Positions 25,439-38,876 of a stretch of 64,000 bases of DNA are shown piece by piece; positions within the stretch are counted from its first letter, which is position 1; each line of letters starts with the position of its first letter. The DNA is from Lepidodermella squamata (taxonomy: Eukaryota; Animalia; Gastrotricha): NCBI GenBank assembly GCA_047495785.1, contig JBLDXI010000003.1, forward strand, positions 2,294,001 to 2,358,000, in the 5' to 3' direction. The notes below the pieces were generated by a model. That model searched no databases and was not told the DNA's origin. It worked only from the letters and a program-made list of their open reading frames with translations. A program made the translations under genes and the position numbers.

Positions 25439-26400
25439 CAGTAAAAGTTGTGTAAACCGGAGTCGTCTAAACCGGAATTTCTCTAAACCGGACGGATTTC
25501 AGTGGCTCTTGCAGAAAGTGTGCACTTTACATTATAAAGTTGTCGTCTAAACCGGACTCTGTAAACCGGACTTCTCCTAATTCGGAGCGATTTTTGACGT
25601 GGGAAGGTTAAAAAGTCCGGTTTAGACCCTTTTCCCCTTGTTTTTCGTCATTTTCAAAGCGCTTGGAACCCGGCTCTTCCGAGGCGTTAACTTTCGTGTT
25701 GCTCATGAATGACAGCCGAAGAACGGATGATCCACTGCGCCACCTCCGATTATGAGATGACGATTAAATCCTATGCTTAAATACTTTTTGTGAATAATAC
25801 GATATCACTTGTTACAAGATCTGATAGATCAGTGAATCTCTAAATTAAGGTAGAGGATTGGGATTTTTAGGAGTTTCAGGAACTTTGCGAAGTCCATTAA
25901 AATGAAAAAATGCCGGCTAAATCGTTGGCCGAACCTAGCCGAAACATTTAGTTCGACAGAGTTCGGCCAGGACTTGAAACTATATCGAAGTTGTAAAACG
26001 AATCTAAAAAATGCGGACTCCAGCAGGTTCCGATATGACTAATTAGTTCGGCCAAGCACGACTATGTCAACAATTGTTCATCCACGTTCCTCCACGCCCG
26101 AAAATGTTTGACCACATCTCCAGACGTTCGGCCAGGTTCGACCAGACAAAATGTGCTTCGGCTAGGTTCGGCCAAACAAAATTATATTCGAACGGGTTCG
26201 ACTAAGTGGTGCCGATGGGGCAGGAAATATATTTTTTTAATATCTTAAATCTGCTATCAACCGTATCATAAATCTAAGTGCAAATGTATACTTCGATTTC
26301 CTAAGCCGGACTTAGTCCGGTGGTCGTCTAGACTGGATTCGCTCTAAACCGGACGATTTTGCCTGGCGCCCTGCTAGTCCGGTTTACACGACTTTTACTG
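25439..26400. mobile_element. Tc1/mariner-pogo-type MITE inserted in the copia IN-RT linker
   Basis: TA|CAGTAAAAGTTGTGTAAACCGG...CCGGTTTACACGACTTTTACTG|TA. Subterminal CTAAACCGGA repeats. Inner tract of GTTCGGCC repeats at 25920-26200. Confidence 0.85.
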
Positions 26401-26868
26401 TATTCGACTTCGGCTACGTCTTCATCTGCACCGCGTCCTACTTCTGCGCCTGCGCCTGCGGAGTCGCGCAAATCGGCTAGGGTGCCGCCGCCGAAGGAGG
26501 AGGGTATAAATTACACGAAACTTGGTGTTCAAGGTCCGAAACCTACAGCTCTATCTACGAAGCTCATCTACGAAGACAGCAAAGTACACGTTTGATGACT
26601 GGGATGATTTCGACACATTTGGCACGGCAGCTCTTACTCTGGCACCGGAAAATGACGAGCCTACGACTGGCCCGACGGCCTTCGCGGTAACAGCTATGGA
26701 TGAGCCTGCTACGTTCGCCGAGGCAATGGACAGCGTTCACGCCGCTGAGTGGCACAAGGCCTGTCAGTCGGAGTATGACTCGCTCATCAAGAACAACACC
26801 TGGAAGCTGGTTGATCGCCCGCCGAACAAGCCAGTTCTCAAGTGTCGCTGGGTTCTTCGTGTCAAATA

Positions 26869-27300
26869 CAGGGTGTTCTTTTTAAAACCGAACATCCGCC
26901 GCGCGCGTTGGAAAATCGCAAATTTTTATGCACAAAATTAAATATCCTTTTAAAAATATTTTTATTTTATTATATTAATAATTTTTTTTAAATAAACATT
27001 TTGTTGTTACGGAAAAGCGTGCTGCGCGATGCCGCGCGTTTTCGCGTTGTGGCCGCTCCGCGCACCGCAAGTTCCCCGGCGCGCAACTTCATCCCCGTAA
27101 TTCCGCATTTTATCACCGGTGACGACACCTTTGTTAGTGTTTTTCTGATAGCATTTCAAGCATTTAATAAGGCAGCCGGCGTCATTTTTCTAAATATGGC
27201 TCGATTAGACGTATGCGCTAAGCCTAAACAAGCCATTTTTATGCCGTTTTTCGCAGATCTTAAGCGTTTAACCCCGGAAACTTTCACCTAAGTGCGGTTA
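26869..27300. mobile_element. Left end of a probable Tc1/mariner-type element truncating the copia RT
   Basis: RT similarity stops exactly at TA|CAGGGTGTTC, a mariner-like terminus. No matching right end found; the right coordinate is approximate. Confidence 0.45.
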
Positions 27301-28206
27301 TACCTTGCGGAAACAGTGTTTCTAAGTACAGTAATGTATTCTCTACAAGATTACCACAGCCGTTTTTGTAGGATGATGGTTATTTTTAGCACGTCTGCCC
27401 CAACAGCCAGCCGGTCTTTCAGGGCATAGATCTCATTATCACCATCTTCAAGGAGGTCTATGCCTTCAAATCACCCGTAAAAAACACTGTCTCTCATTGT
27501 TTTCTTGTAAAGCAGAGTAAATACTACTTAGTTACCGTTACTTTATGGAGGGTCACCGCGGTTTTTCACTTGCTGCTGCTATGGATGCATTCTGTCGATA
27601 AATGGAGTTTTTCGGGATATTCGGAACATTTACAATGTTAGCAAACAATTCAGCGGTCAAATGAGGGCTCAAATGAGTGAATTCACTAGGAGACATAAAT
27701 ACTTTGACAATGAAACTGCACTGCAAGAGGCTGTTTCATGTTGAAAATGACAGTGATATCATGTAAAGGGACGGAGTAGCGGGCGAAAGCATGTCGAATT
27801 TATTGGCATGGATGTTTCTGATGCGGAAGACACATTTCCTTACTTCGGTTCTTTGATATTTCCTCAACCTGATGTTGTGATACTACGTCGTCCGCAGTGA
27901 TGTCGTAGTTAACTTGTCTCGACTAGTCAAAGCTGATCTCAAAGGCGTTAACACCCTCATCATCAAAATTGTCTCTCAGAACTATTATTATTACACATGT
28001 TCATAACATCAAAAAGAAAGAATGCAAGGTATTTTAGATATAGGTAATGATGTAGCCGCTCAATTTATTTCATTTACTGTTATTCGTAACGTCGTCATGT
28101 TGAACTTCCTTTCTAAGGATATGTGAGCATAAATTGGTGCTTAGTTAGGGAATGCCTTCCAATTTGATCAATGGAAAAAACCATCCTTACTATGGACACC
28201 AACAGT

Positions 28207-28805
28207 ATGCGCCGCGTCATCTAAGCTGCACAGGTCTATTTGAGATCAGATCCTTAGATCGCTAAGTCTGAAGCGGCGAATTCTGAGTAAGGATTGTTGA
28301 ATACCAGTGCAATACCAGTGCATACCAGTGACAATAGAAGAATATGCATCCATAGCAAAAACCAACGATTTCAAACCTTAGCCCTAATGCGGCCGCTGAA
28401 AACCAGTAGCAGCGGCTGAAATGTGTCAACGGGTAAAGTCTTTTGCAGAATTTTAACACGATTAAAGCTATATATTCACACAATCCCGGCTGTCCTAAAA
28501 TCTTCGGCGGATCCAGTGATATCATTGAATTTTTCGCTGAAAATGCTAAACTCTCTTTCATGCTTTCAATTATGCATCAAATATAACGTTTTGTTAGACA
28601 CTCAACTTGATGTGAATCGTGCGATAAACGGATAAAGTAAGGATGTCCTTAGCAAGATGGCTTTCAAGTAAGGATGCGGTGTCACTGGTATGCTTGGTAG
28701 GAATGACTTACTCAACAATCCTTACTCAGAATTCGCCGCTTCAGACTTAGCGATCTAAGGATCTGATCTCAAATAGACCTGTGCAGCTTAGATGACGCGG
28801 CGCAT
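28207..28805. repeat. Perfect 94-bp inverted repeat with 411-bp spacer
   Basis: 28207-28300 is the reverse complement of 28712-28805. No flanking direct repeat seen. Confidence 0.9.
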
Positions 28806-29540
28806 CGTTGTTGAACGACTTCAAACGGCTAACAGCATCAGCGCGCATCCGTTGACTGACAGAAAACTCGCCGAAAGCAGGCATGCGGATAACAGCGGAA
28901 GCACGCAGGTCAGCATCTGCAGCGACCTCTTCCTCGACTTGTTGCCACCACCGGCGAGTGGCAGCGTCCGCATCGGGGTCGACGTACGGCGACATCGGTT
29001 TGACGAAATGATCAAGCAGGGCATCAGCAAGGGCAGTAGACGGCGGCAGAACACTGCCATCATCGAGCTTCATATAGGTCAGACGATCAACGGGAGTAGG
29101 ACGAAACTTATCGAGACGACGTAGGCGGGCATAAGCCTCACGGTAGCGGTGCTGGAACGACAGAGCTTCAACATATCGCAGGCTGGAGACATCCCGCCTG
29201 AACTTCTGAGCCGCTTTCGCAGCGCGGAACTGGGCATCCAAGGCGTTGATCCTATCAACAAGCCCGGTATCAACTCGATTGCCGAGTCCTCGTTCAAGAA
29301 TACGCTTTCTTTAGAGCAGGTGACGCATTTCGCGGGTCATGGAAACTTTTCTCAGCTGAGAGCGGTCGAGGAGAGGGACGTGAAGGCGGCGAGATGCGGC
29401 GATGGCCGCACCAACCTGGCGCCGATACGAATCGATCCGAAACACGGGGTCGCCGACACTAGGCAGCGGGACTTCGGATAGCAAACGAATCAGGGTACGA
29501 GAGAAGGCACAACGATCTGCTCTGGAGACATCGTATCGAG
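28806..29540 (-). mobile_element. Probable non-LTR retrotransposon ORF2 remnant (endonuclease-RT linker)
   Basis: GC-rich degraded ORF ...LTYMKLDDGSVLPPSTALADALLDHF... resembling LINE linker regions. No catalytic motif seen. Confidence 0.45.
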
Positions 29541-30864
29541 GAGCAGGGTCGAGTTGAATAACTCGGATTTCGTCTTGTCTACGTCAATTTCAAGGTAATA
29601 GGTGACAAGTTGCGGCTTTTTCAACTTGAATGAAGAGGCAAAAACGAAAGACTTTTTACTTGTCACCATTACCTTGAAATGGGCGTAAACAAGCCTAAAT
29701 CTGAGTTATTCAACGACGCTAACGATACCTTTATAGCCTTAATGCACACGTTTCTCCAATTAGTAGTGATTGTGGAAAGCGGAAAGCGTTGTGCCAGCAT
29801 GTTTAGCTTTTAACGTTTTTTTTGAATAAACAAAACATAGAAAAGTATATTTCGGACTAAGCGCAAATAAAAAACTAAATACAAATTGCAAATTATCAAG
29901 AGTTTGTTCTAGGGCAGTATTCTGTCACAAGTCTAGTTTGTAAGGAGCTGGGCCAGCGGAACCGCAGTGAGAGATGGTCTCTACTGCGCTCGTCGATAAT
30001 AGAACTTCTGGCCGTTAAAACTTCGCATTAGCTGTTGAAAACACGACTTGCACTGCTTCAGAAAAGACAGTTTTACGGCGATCCTTCGATGCAAGTTTCA
30101 TTTTATTCATCAAAACTGAATCCCTCAAAAAATAAATGAAAAATTGTCAAGTTAATTGTGGATGTTATTTCACGAGATGCTCGAATAACGGCTATGACTG
30201 ATGAAGAAAATCGCCACAAGAGAGGGCCCGAAAAAACTATAGAAGTAAAAACACAAAATAATAACTGAAAATAAGTGAACACGAAAACACCTGATTTTCT
30301 GTCGATACTGTTATGTACGCATTATTGACCGACTGGTTAAGACTGGCTCGACAGCAAAATCCCTTCACGGGAAATACTTCAAAAATTGCGGGCAAAAATT
30401 TGATATATTGCTGGCTTGCCCTAATTAAGGTTGTCGAGTTATACTTGGCCCTTCAAGGGGAAAACTTTTTTCATCCGACCAATGTCTTCTTTTATCCGAC
30501 CAATGTCTTATTTCATCCGACAAGCAAAAATGTGACTAAAATCATCCGATTTGCTTTTTCATTTTTCAAAAAATTACAGTAAAAAAGTGACAATTACAGT
30601 GAAAAAGTGAAAATGACTGCTCATTACGTAACACCCGTAATAGTGAGATCTACCAGTTGGGCATGAAGATTAAAACTTGAGACTTGAGACGTACAGCTGG
30701 CTGGAGCCCTTAATAAATTATTCAGCAAGCGGAACATATTTCACGATAGGCGAATACGGCTGCCGAAACCTTCATCAAAAAAACAATAGGAAACTTCAAT
30801 AATATTTGATTTTTATTTTTTTTCATTCTTCATAATGCTCAAAAATGTGAGGTATGAAAACAAG

Positions 30865-33800
30865 CTAGTTAATGGTCAAGTAATAGCGTTCGAGGTGGTA
30901 AACAAATGATCGTACGACAGTCCACTTTTTGGAATCGACAGCCCTTCCAATCGCCGTGATCTTCAAATTATCAGGCTTCAAGAGAGCGAGTGGGAATTTC
31001 GAACCCAAATAGTCAATAATCTCCACGGCTAAATTCAACGGCGTTCTCCCATTCTTTTCGATAAGATTGCCATCCAAGCCATATTTTTCAACCAATTTCA
31101 CTACCATGTCAACATTTTGGGACATTATAGCGAGATGCAAGGCGTTATACTGGTAGTTATCAACAGCTTTGACATCGCAACCCTGCTCTGCAAAAAGTCG
31201 AAAATGTAATGCCGACCAACCTTAACAGCTCGAAGTAACGGTGTTTGACCATCCTCTTTATTTTTCTCATCTTTCAAATCTCAAATGATTCTGTTCAATT
31301 CGCGTAAAGTCGGCAAATAATCGGGTTCATTATTGTTGCAGAAAGTTGAAATTGCGTGGAATAAATAGCCTTCCCATCGATTTTTCACGCGAGGATCAAC
31401 GCCTTTTTCGAGCAAATATTTAAGAATATCAAGCCGATTGAATTCAACGACGTCAGCTATAACTTCTTTCGCGTGTTTCAAGTCGAATTTCTGTTCTTTG
31501 ATCAAATATTTGACAGATTCCAATGACGAGCGGCATGCAAATATCAATAAAGGGCTGTCCCTTTCGCGTTCTTGTTCAGCTAGGTTCGGAAATTTTTCGC
31601 AGAAGTACTTCAAAACTTCCAGTTTTCGGCCGGCAAAAGCCGATATGAATGCGTTCGGAGACACACAAGGGATATACCTGCCCTCGGCTGTAAGATCAGC
31701 TTCCATTTCGCCAACCAGAAATTTAACGCACTCGATACTTCCTACGTAGGCAGCACCACTGACGGCTGATTCATAGTCATCGTCCATTTCGAATATTTGG
31801 TTTGATATTAAATTGCTGCATCCTGGTGGGACGCGAGGATCGAAGCAGATAGATTTGACAGTGCTGACGTCATCGGCCAAGATAGCAGATTTCAGCCGGT
31901 CGACTTCGCGTGGCACTTGCGAAAAATGAATTTTTGGCACCTGAAAAAACGACAACAAAATTAGCCTTAATATGTGAAAATTATCGCTTGAGAAATTGTA
32001 ATAAAAATCGATTTGTCCCTTGAACATTATCAGAAAACATTTGTTTCCTATAATTATTTGGAGCATTTCAGGCCTTATCACACCAATTCAATATCGATTT
32101 TTTCAATTTTTAAGATAGATTCGATTCCAGAACATTTTTGCTACACTCAAGTCGTCCCACTTTTGCATGTCACTCCACTTCTCCAAGTCAGTGAAGACAA
32201 CGATATCGAACTCCGCCTTTCGTTCCGTTGGAGCCATTTGAGAACAAAGGTTCTACTGGAGGAATTGCTGGAATCATTAGAATTGTCACCAAGACGCTGG
32301 CGAAAAAATGGACGACGGCGGTCGACCTTTCCACGGTACGAAATAGATTTTACGCGATCGGCTTTCCTCTTACGCCGTCGTTGCGGATCCTCCCTCTACC
32401 TCTACTCCTGTCAAACGAACAGGCTTCCAGTTTCAACAGCGCTCGCAAGTTTCGAAGCAGCCTAGGTTGTCGCTCTTAGTCTCAAGACGAATTTCTGACG
32501 CATGTAGCGGAACTTGCAGGAAAGGGTACATCACTCTGAATGTTAACATCTCATTCACTGTTCTCTGTTTTAGCAATCTTTCACGGTGTGTTTGTTTTCA
32601 TCGTATCGCCGATTTTTTGTACACTGGCTATCTACCAGCTGACTGGTTGCCAGTGGAATCGGCTGGGTCAAGTTCCGACCTGTTTCCACCTGTGGGTTGT
32701 CGAACTCTCAGCAGGCATCAAACATCATCGCCCGTTGCCAGGTCATCAAAGACAAAACTGATTGGGTTGCGGCGCTTCGATATGCTGGCGAAGTGCATAC
32801 CAACCCGTTATCGATGTTCAAGTTCGATGGATCACGAAAGTCTACATGCTTTCAAGAACAAAACGAATCACGCAGTCTCTCGCTCAGTTCATGTGAGGTA
32901 GAAAATGAATTTGGCCTATGCGGCTCGAACTCCATCACGCTGCAGAAAAATACATATACAAGCCGAACCTTGCTCCTTATGAAAGTTCCCTCGATAAGCG
33001 GCTGATTTGGCTTATCAATGTTTTCGTACCCTTCATTGAACAGGTTCATATGGATAATAAGGTGAAAAAATCAACCTTGTCATGCGGCGGCCCATCGTGC
33101 TCTGGTCGAAAAATCTACGAGTATGGCGAAGCTGATCAACTTTGCCTTTTGCTAAGAGGCGTTCGGCAATTTTTCCCTGCTCGTGCCAACCAGGACCATG
33201 ACGAAATGCTCTTCAATCAGTTTAGAAGAGACGGCAATTCCTCCAAATCGAACCCGACTTTTCGTGCGATACAAGGCAGGGCGAGCAAGCTCAGGATTTG
33301 CGGTGGCCACTGGAGCGCAGTGCTATCACCACCATATCAATCGCGACTGCTCGTAAATTGAAAAAGTTTTCTATGCAAAGAACGAAATTTAAGGGCCTTC
33401 ATCGAATCTATTTGCCGGATCATCTGGAATTTGACCACAAACCACAACAAGGTCACGTGGGTCGCCGGCTTTTTCACGCTCAAACTCGGTTTGAAGCCCA
33501 CCGATGCTTATTTCAGCGAATACGTTGATCCAAGATCGAGGGTGGGGGCTTGCCAACCGAAATGCCGATGTTCTCCCTACAGTTAAATTGGCCTTGTCGA
33601 AAGCTTTTATCGAACTTAATAACTGAAATTTTTTCAACCACTGTCTAAAAAGCTGGGAGATCAGCTGACCCGGCTACAGGACAAATTGTATGTGGATCGA
33701 TTGTATGTGGCGTGCTGATGAAAGTTAAATTTGACTGCGACAAATTTGACGGTTCAACATTGGATCTAAGAGCTTGAAAAGATTTAAAAAGACTGAATTT

Positions 33801-35167
33801 CGCTTCTCGACCGATTATTTAAAATTAATTCTTATTTTTGTGAGAGAACAATACTGCTCCGTTTCAGCCCAATGAATTATTTACGTTTTTGGAAAAATAA
33901 ATTTTCGAGTGAAAACATTATTCCTCGGGATCTCACGGACGCCGAGCCGCGCTTCTCGAGAAAAGCGAGAAAAAATCTCCCAGAAGAAAGATACTCATTA
34001 TTCGAAAAATAAATAATTCGAGTTTTTATAGTATGTTAAGAAAATTCTCAAATGTTCAGAGATTATTTAAAAATTTTCAATTTTTTTCAATTTTGTCAAC
34101 TAATTCCAGATCTGATAGTCACCTTACCTCAGGGATTGACGATTTGAGATTCCCATATTCCGGCTCGACATCGATTACGGCAGTTTTTCCGACCAAATCG
34201 GATGTATGTATCCCAACAGAAACTGGTCAGGTTGAAAAACTTACTTTGGTTCAAGCATAACCCGACCCGGATCTTCCTTCAACCTGAGCTAAAACATTAA
34301 AATTAAGCAAATAATCAAATTCGGGTAGCTTTAGAAACCTTTCTATCTTTTTCGCGAATTTTCGCATGAATCCCAGCAGTTTCCAGCAAGCCAAGCCCAG
34401 AGAGCTTTGAAATGGGATCGATATCGATTTCTTCATCAACAACAGCGTTCACTGTTAGATTCCGGCGCTTTTCGAGTTTCGTTTTCAAATTTTCCAAGAG
34501 TTTTACGCGAGCCTTTTCGATTGAATTTTGAATCGACTTCAATAATAATTCAAAATGTGAATCAATTTCAGCGGTTATTTTCGACATAAATTCTTTCATC
34601 TTTAGGTCACTTTCAGCCAGCTTCTCGTCAAAAGAATTAGATAATGCTACGGAACGATCTGAAAACTACAGGAAAATGTCAAAGAAGTTCGGAATAAATT
34701 GAATATAAAATTACAAACGTTGATTGATAACCAGCTCATTTCGAGTTTAAGGCGCTCAGCGTGTGCCACTGAGCATGGTTCGCAGAAGCTTTCATCGCAA
34801 TGGGGACATGTCACGTATTTGCCGCCGAAGCACGCGCCATGTGGGCATTTTTCCCCAACAAGAGAACGTCCAATGTCAGGATCCGCCAAATGGCCAGCTG
34901 TTGCGACAATTTTTTCAAGTGAGTGATTTTTGGGAAATTCTGAAACAAGTAGAATATAGGAATAAAAGAAAGGATCGCGGCTGACAGGGCACCTTTTTTC
35001 CCGTCTTGTTTCAATTTGAAATTTCTCTCATTACACACCACACATACATAGCTGTTGTCCAATGTTCTGTCCAAATAGCGGGTACATTCTGTGCAAACTG
35101 AATGACCGCAAGACGGTAAGATTATCGGCGATTCGTAAGCACTCCCACAAAAGGAGCAAGTCAGCGA
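30865..35167 (-). pseudogene. TRIM-like RING / B-box / coiled-coil / ankyrin gene, copy C (disrupted)
   Basis: RING exon 35167-34993 (CSFC..CGHSVCTEC..CVVC); B-box exon 34939-34719; coiled-coil exon 34665-34339; linker exon 34288-34128 (stop/frameshifts); ANK exon 31940-30865 with in-frame TGA at 31281-31283 (II*DL versus IPDL in paralogs) and a frameshift near 31190. Possible first exon 35681-35637. Confidence 0.85.
32100..33650 (+). mobile_element. P-element/THAP9-like transposase remnant in an intron of copy C
   Basis: FFPARANQDHDEMLFNQFRRDGNSSKSNPT resembles the P-family motif R-x-NQD-x-LE-x-x-F-x-x-IR-x-x-GG-x-x-x-NPT. ORFs are fragmented; boundaries approximate. Confidence 0.6.
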
Positions 35168-37789
35168 CTATAGATCAAAAATGTTGGGAGACAATGACAG
35201 AAGACGAAAGGTTTTACATCTAGTAACGTCCCGTCGAGTTCGATAAAATTGCCACACTTCGGAATTTTCGCCAATTTCGAATGATTGTAATCTGGATACG
35301 GACGCTTTACCAGCATGATACAATACGTAAATAAAAAATGTTAAAGCCCCTAACGAATACAAATTTACCAAGAAAAAATTAGGAAAATCCAACATTTGGA
35401 GGATTTATTTTTCCGTCAAAATCGAAAAAACTCAAACGAAAATTCGAAAAAATGCAGAAAACTGATCTCCATCCCCAAGTTTCAAAAAGTTGACTCAAAA
35501 TATAAATTTCAAGTATTGAGGAAAATGGAAAATATGGAAATATGGGAATATGGAAAATTTCGATTCGAAGGGTTCAATTCTTTGATTCTAATAGATTTAA
35601 AATCAGGATTTTCACTTTGATTTAGGAAATTCTTACCATTTGCAACCCATAGAAGAATCCAGATTTAATCCATGAGACCATTCAAGTAAAACAAAATCCA
35701 AAACGAGGGCAATTGATCACACTTTTTAATCAGATCATGGCAATGTAGCATGGTTGAAATCAGGTTCAAATAATGGTAAGAATGAGTCAAAGTCAGTCGT
35801 CATTGTCTTCAGAATCGATCTGCTTATCGGCGTAGTGGAAAATAAGTGCTTGAAGAACGCCAATATCATCTGGATTCTTCGCAATCTCAGCCAGCGGTGT
35901 GAGATTTTCTTTGTTCTTTCCCAACATCAACTCTGGACATTTCGAACATAAATAATCGGCAACAACCGCATCTCTGACCCGAAAAAGCACCGATTTGCCA
36001 TCACCACCTATCTCGGCCGGGTTGAAGTTGTATTCTTCAATCAACATTTTCACGAGTTCCAATGAGCCAGCTCCAGCAGCTACATGCAACGCATTTTCCG
36101 TTTTATTCCATAAAGCTCGCGAATTACATCCATTTTTAATGTAAAATCGTGCATTTTCAACAAAACCCATGCAACAAGCCTCGAGAAACGGCGTGTAGCC
36201 ATCAGGACCGCCCTCGACATCAATAAGATCCGGGATAACTTTGCAGAGAATTTCAAGAACCTCCAAATTGTCGCGTTTCTCGTCGTGAAAAACGTGAAAC
36301 AAAGTTTCGTTGTCGTGAGATTTCCAGCGACAGTCAGCGCCCTTTTCGATCAAATAATTTACGATATCGGGCTTCGCGAGTTGGACGGCTTTCATTATTG
36401 GGGTTTTCTTTTTCTCGCTAACACGTGAATTCACGCCGATTTTCAAATCTTCGCAAACGAATTTAACGACCTCCAAGCTGCCGTGGCAAGCGTCTTTAAG
36501 TAGCCGATTTTCGACTCCTTTCATCAAGCCTGGGTAGGTTTCAGTCAGGTATTTAACCATCTCGAGATGTCCACCTTTAGCAGCGGCAATAAGGGGGTTG
36601 AAGCAGACATCCCACATGCTTTGATAGTCAAGCAAAGGCGCTGGAAATTCCGATCCAGTAATCGAAATCAATAATTTGAGAATATCTAGTTGGCCGTGAT
36701 AGGCAGCTGAGCATAGGGCAGTTTGCTCTTCCTCGGGGTTCACGTGATTAGCTATCAATTCGGTACATCCAGCAGGTAATTTTTCGTTGAACAAAATCTG
36801 TTCAACAGTTTTCAATTGACCTTGAGCGATTGCGCCGAAGAATTTGTTGAATTCATGGGGTAAGCCATCGGATGACTAAAAAATAAAAAAATAAGCAATA
36901 AAAAAGTTCATCACTGAATTGTAACTGCTTTTAAACATATTAGGACGAATTTTATTCCGAGGATAAATCGGGCAAATTTTGATACTGACGTTTTTTATGA
37001 CTGGCTACGCTATCATCTTCCTCTGTTCTCCAAGTAAAAGGTCGAAAAGTGCTGATTGGCGATAATTTACCGGCCCACAGCCCGAGGTACACAACACGCG
37101 AATTCAATAACCAGTTCAATAACCACGCTGGCCATGGGTCATGATTGATCATAGCTGGTTGGGAAGAACTTCTTTGACCCGATAAGTGGCGTTCTTGATC
37201 CCTTGTCTTGTCCGCGAATTTTGGCAAGCTATTCTTTTCCTCAGTAATTCAACAAATTCTTATCTGTTTTTCCTATTAAAAATTACAGATTTCATCTTCA
37301 GTCGCTGCTGGTGAGACTCCGGACTCCCTGACAAACATCCACAATTCGGCCCGACTTATTACGGCATTCTTGGGCGAAAGAGGAGTATACATAAATACCA
37401 ATTCTACGCAAGTTGCAGCTAATTCTTCAACGTTGCAGCCTCAAGAGCTCTCCGATACTGCGTCGTGCAACTTCGATCTTGGCTTACATTTTATCCCCAT
37501 TCTACCGATTTGTTTGAAATTTAAAGCTTTTATTGATTTTGCGCATCCGACCACTCAACCCTTACAGTTAACGTGGTGAACAGATGGACTCGCGAAGAAA
37601 GATCCAAGACAAGTTCTTCGGCAACGGCAACAGTAAACCGGCAAAACGCTGGTGGTTATCATTGTTGAAGAAACCTTACTCATCCTTACTCAGCTTAAAC
37701 GTTTGACGTGGGACGTGAGTGTCCTTCATGTCGCAAAGAAGTTTAGTATAACTTCCAAGTTCTAGTTTTAGACTGCTGACGGATTTTAG

Positions 37790-38183
37790 GGCGCTAGGCC
37801 GCAGCTTGCTGTGTATTCGGGCCGCAATTCATCGGTATCTGAAAAGTCCCGATGTCGGCAGAAATTTCGATATTGTCAACGGCCCTGAATACTTGTCTGC
37901 CAATCGGGTACTTTCAGCTCATTGCCGCCAGTATGCTAAAGAAGTCGGCCACAGCGCTGAAGTTGCTCACCCGCCGATTTCAGCCGATGACTGTATCAAA
38001 TTGGACACGTATTTTCGAATAAAGTCTCCCGTTGTTTGCCAGCAGCGAGCGTTTTTCGTTTTAGAATACTATTTGGGGCTTCGGGGCAGGGAAAATTTGA
38101 AGCAACTTTTTAAGAATTCCCTTGTTTTTGTCATCGAAGCTGATGGCCGTGAGGCTGTCACTCTGGATCGCCAGCTCCATTGA
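37790..38183 (+). mobile_element. Crypton-type tyrosine recombinase (DUF3504-like) remnant
   Basis: IRAAIHRYLK..FDIV..ANRVL..HPPIS..FFVLEYYLGLRGRENL matches the DUF3504/CryptonA pattern. Confidence 0.75.
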
Positions 38184-38595
38184 GAATAGAGTTACCCATA
38201 GAGAACGGAGTGATCTATGGAGTTACCAGAGATGAAACACATATTGGAAACTCGAAGTTTTAATTCTTTTGCCGATTTTCGTAAATTTCCATTATGGCGG
38301 ATCTTTTTGAAACTCGCGCATACATGTTTACATGTAAAAAAGTGTTTTTCCACGCGCTATACCCACTATCACCCATCATGGAATTTTGATTTTTTTATTT
38401 TAATCGAAGGGGATTGGTTTCAACTTCAACCAGTTCAAAGGCATCCGCTGGGAAATGAACGGTTTTGACGCCATAGCGGTTTCCCCAATCACTTTTTGGG
38501 GTTCAAAAAGGGGTAATTTAGCCTTGACCCCACGGCCACATGAATGATCGGACTAATGCTTTCTAATATCACCCTGTGAAATGATTTGTTTACCA

Positions 38596-38876
38596 AAGCC
38601 ACCTTTCAAAAACTATTAATGGGTTTCGGATGCATTTTTTGGTTTACCTTTTATGCCTAAACCACCCAACCCCCAACCGCTATTTCAGCCGTCATTCCGG
38701 ATGAGAAACCGTGTTCGCGCTTCGTATGAAAAAATGGGGAAATTTCGTAGGCTGCTCTGAAATAATTTGAAAAAAAAACTTAGCAACGATTTCAGCCTTT
38801 GCACTTGGCCATATTCAATAACGGAATCCCGCAAAAATGCTTCCGAAACCCATGAATAGTTTTTGAAAGGTGGCTT
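38596..38876. mobile_element. MITE with ~45-bp TIRs
   Basis: AAGCCACCTTTCAAAAACTATT..TGGGTTTCGGA / TCCGAAACCCATGAATAGTTTTTGAAAGGTGGCTT. Confidence 0.65.

Larger units (their letters stand above)
21522..26868 (+). mobile_element. Degenerate Ty1/copia LTR retrotransposon (5' LTR, PBS, gag, PR, IN, start of RT) with nested insertions
   Basis: Candidate LTR 21522-21691 (TGTT...AACA, contains TATAAA and ATTAAA). PBS GGTTATTGGCCCAG at 21694-21707. Gag knuckle CRNCGRLGHFEREC; protease WVLDSGASQHMT; LWHRRLAH..CEPC; integrase IDLCG / DDYSR / SDNGHEF / PQQNAMER; RT start EPATFAEAM..NNTWKLV..CRWV. PR-IN-RT order is copia-type. Frameshifts and stops throughout; no 3' LTR. Confidence 0.93.

Noticed and set aside
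25920-26200. CRISPR-like or regulatory GTTCGGCC repeat array
   Set aside because: Irregular, present in both orientations and inside a MITE; typical transposon subterminal repeats.
31281-31283. TGA reassignment (alternative genetic code), given in-frame TGAs in copies C, D and before the SOCS ORF
   Set aside because: The TGAs replace different residues (Pro, Cys and Ser positions), copy C has frameshifts too, and TGA is the normal stop of other genes here (7695, 35793, 48162).
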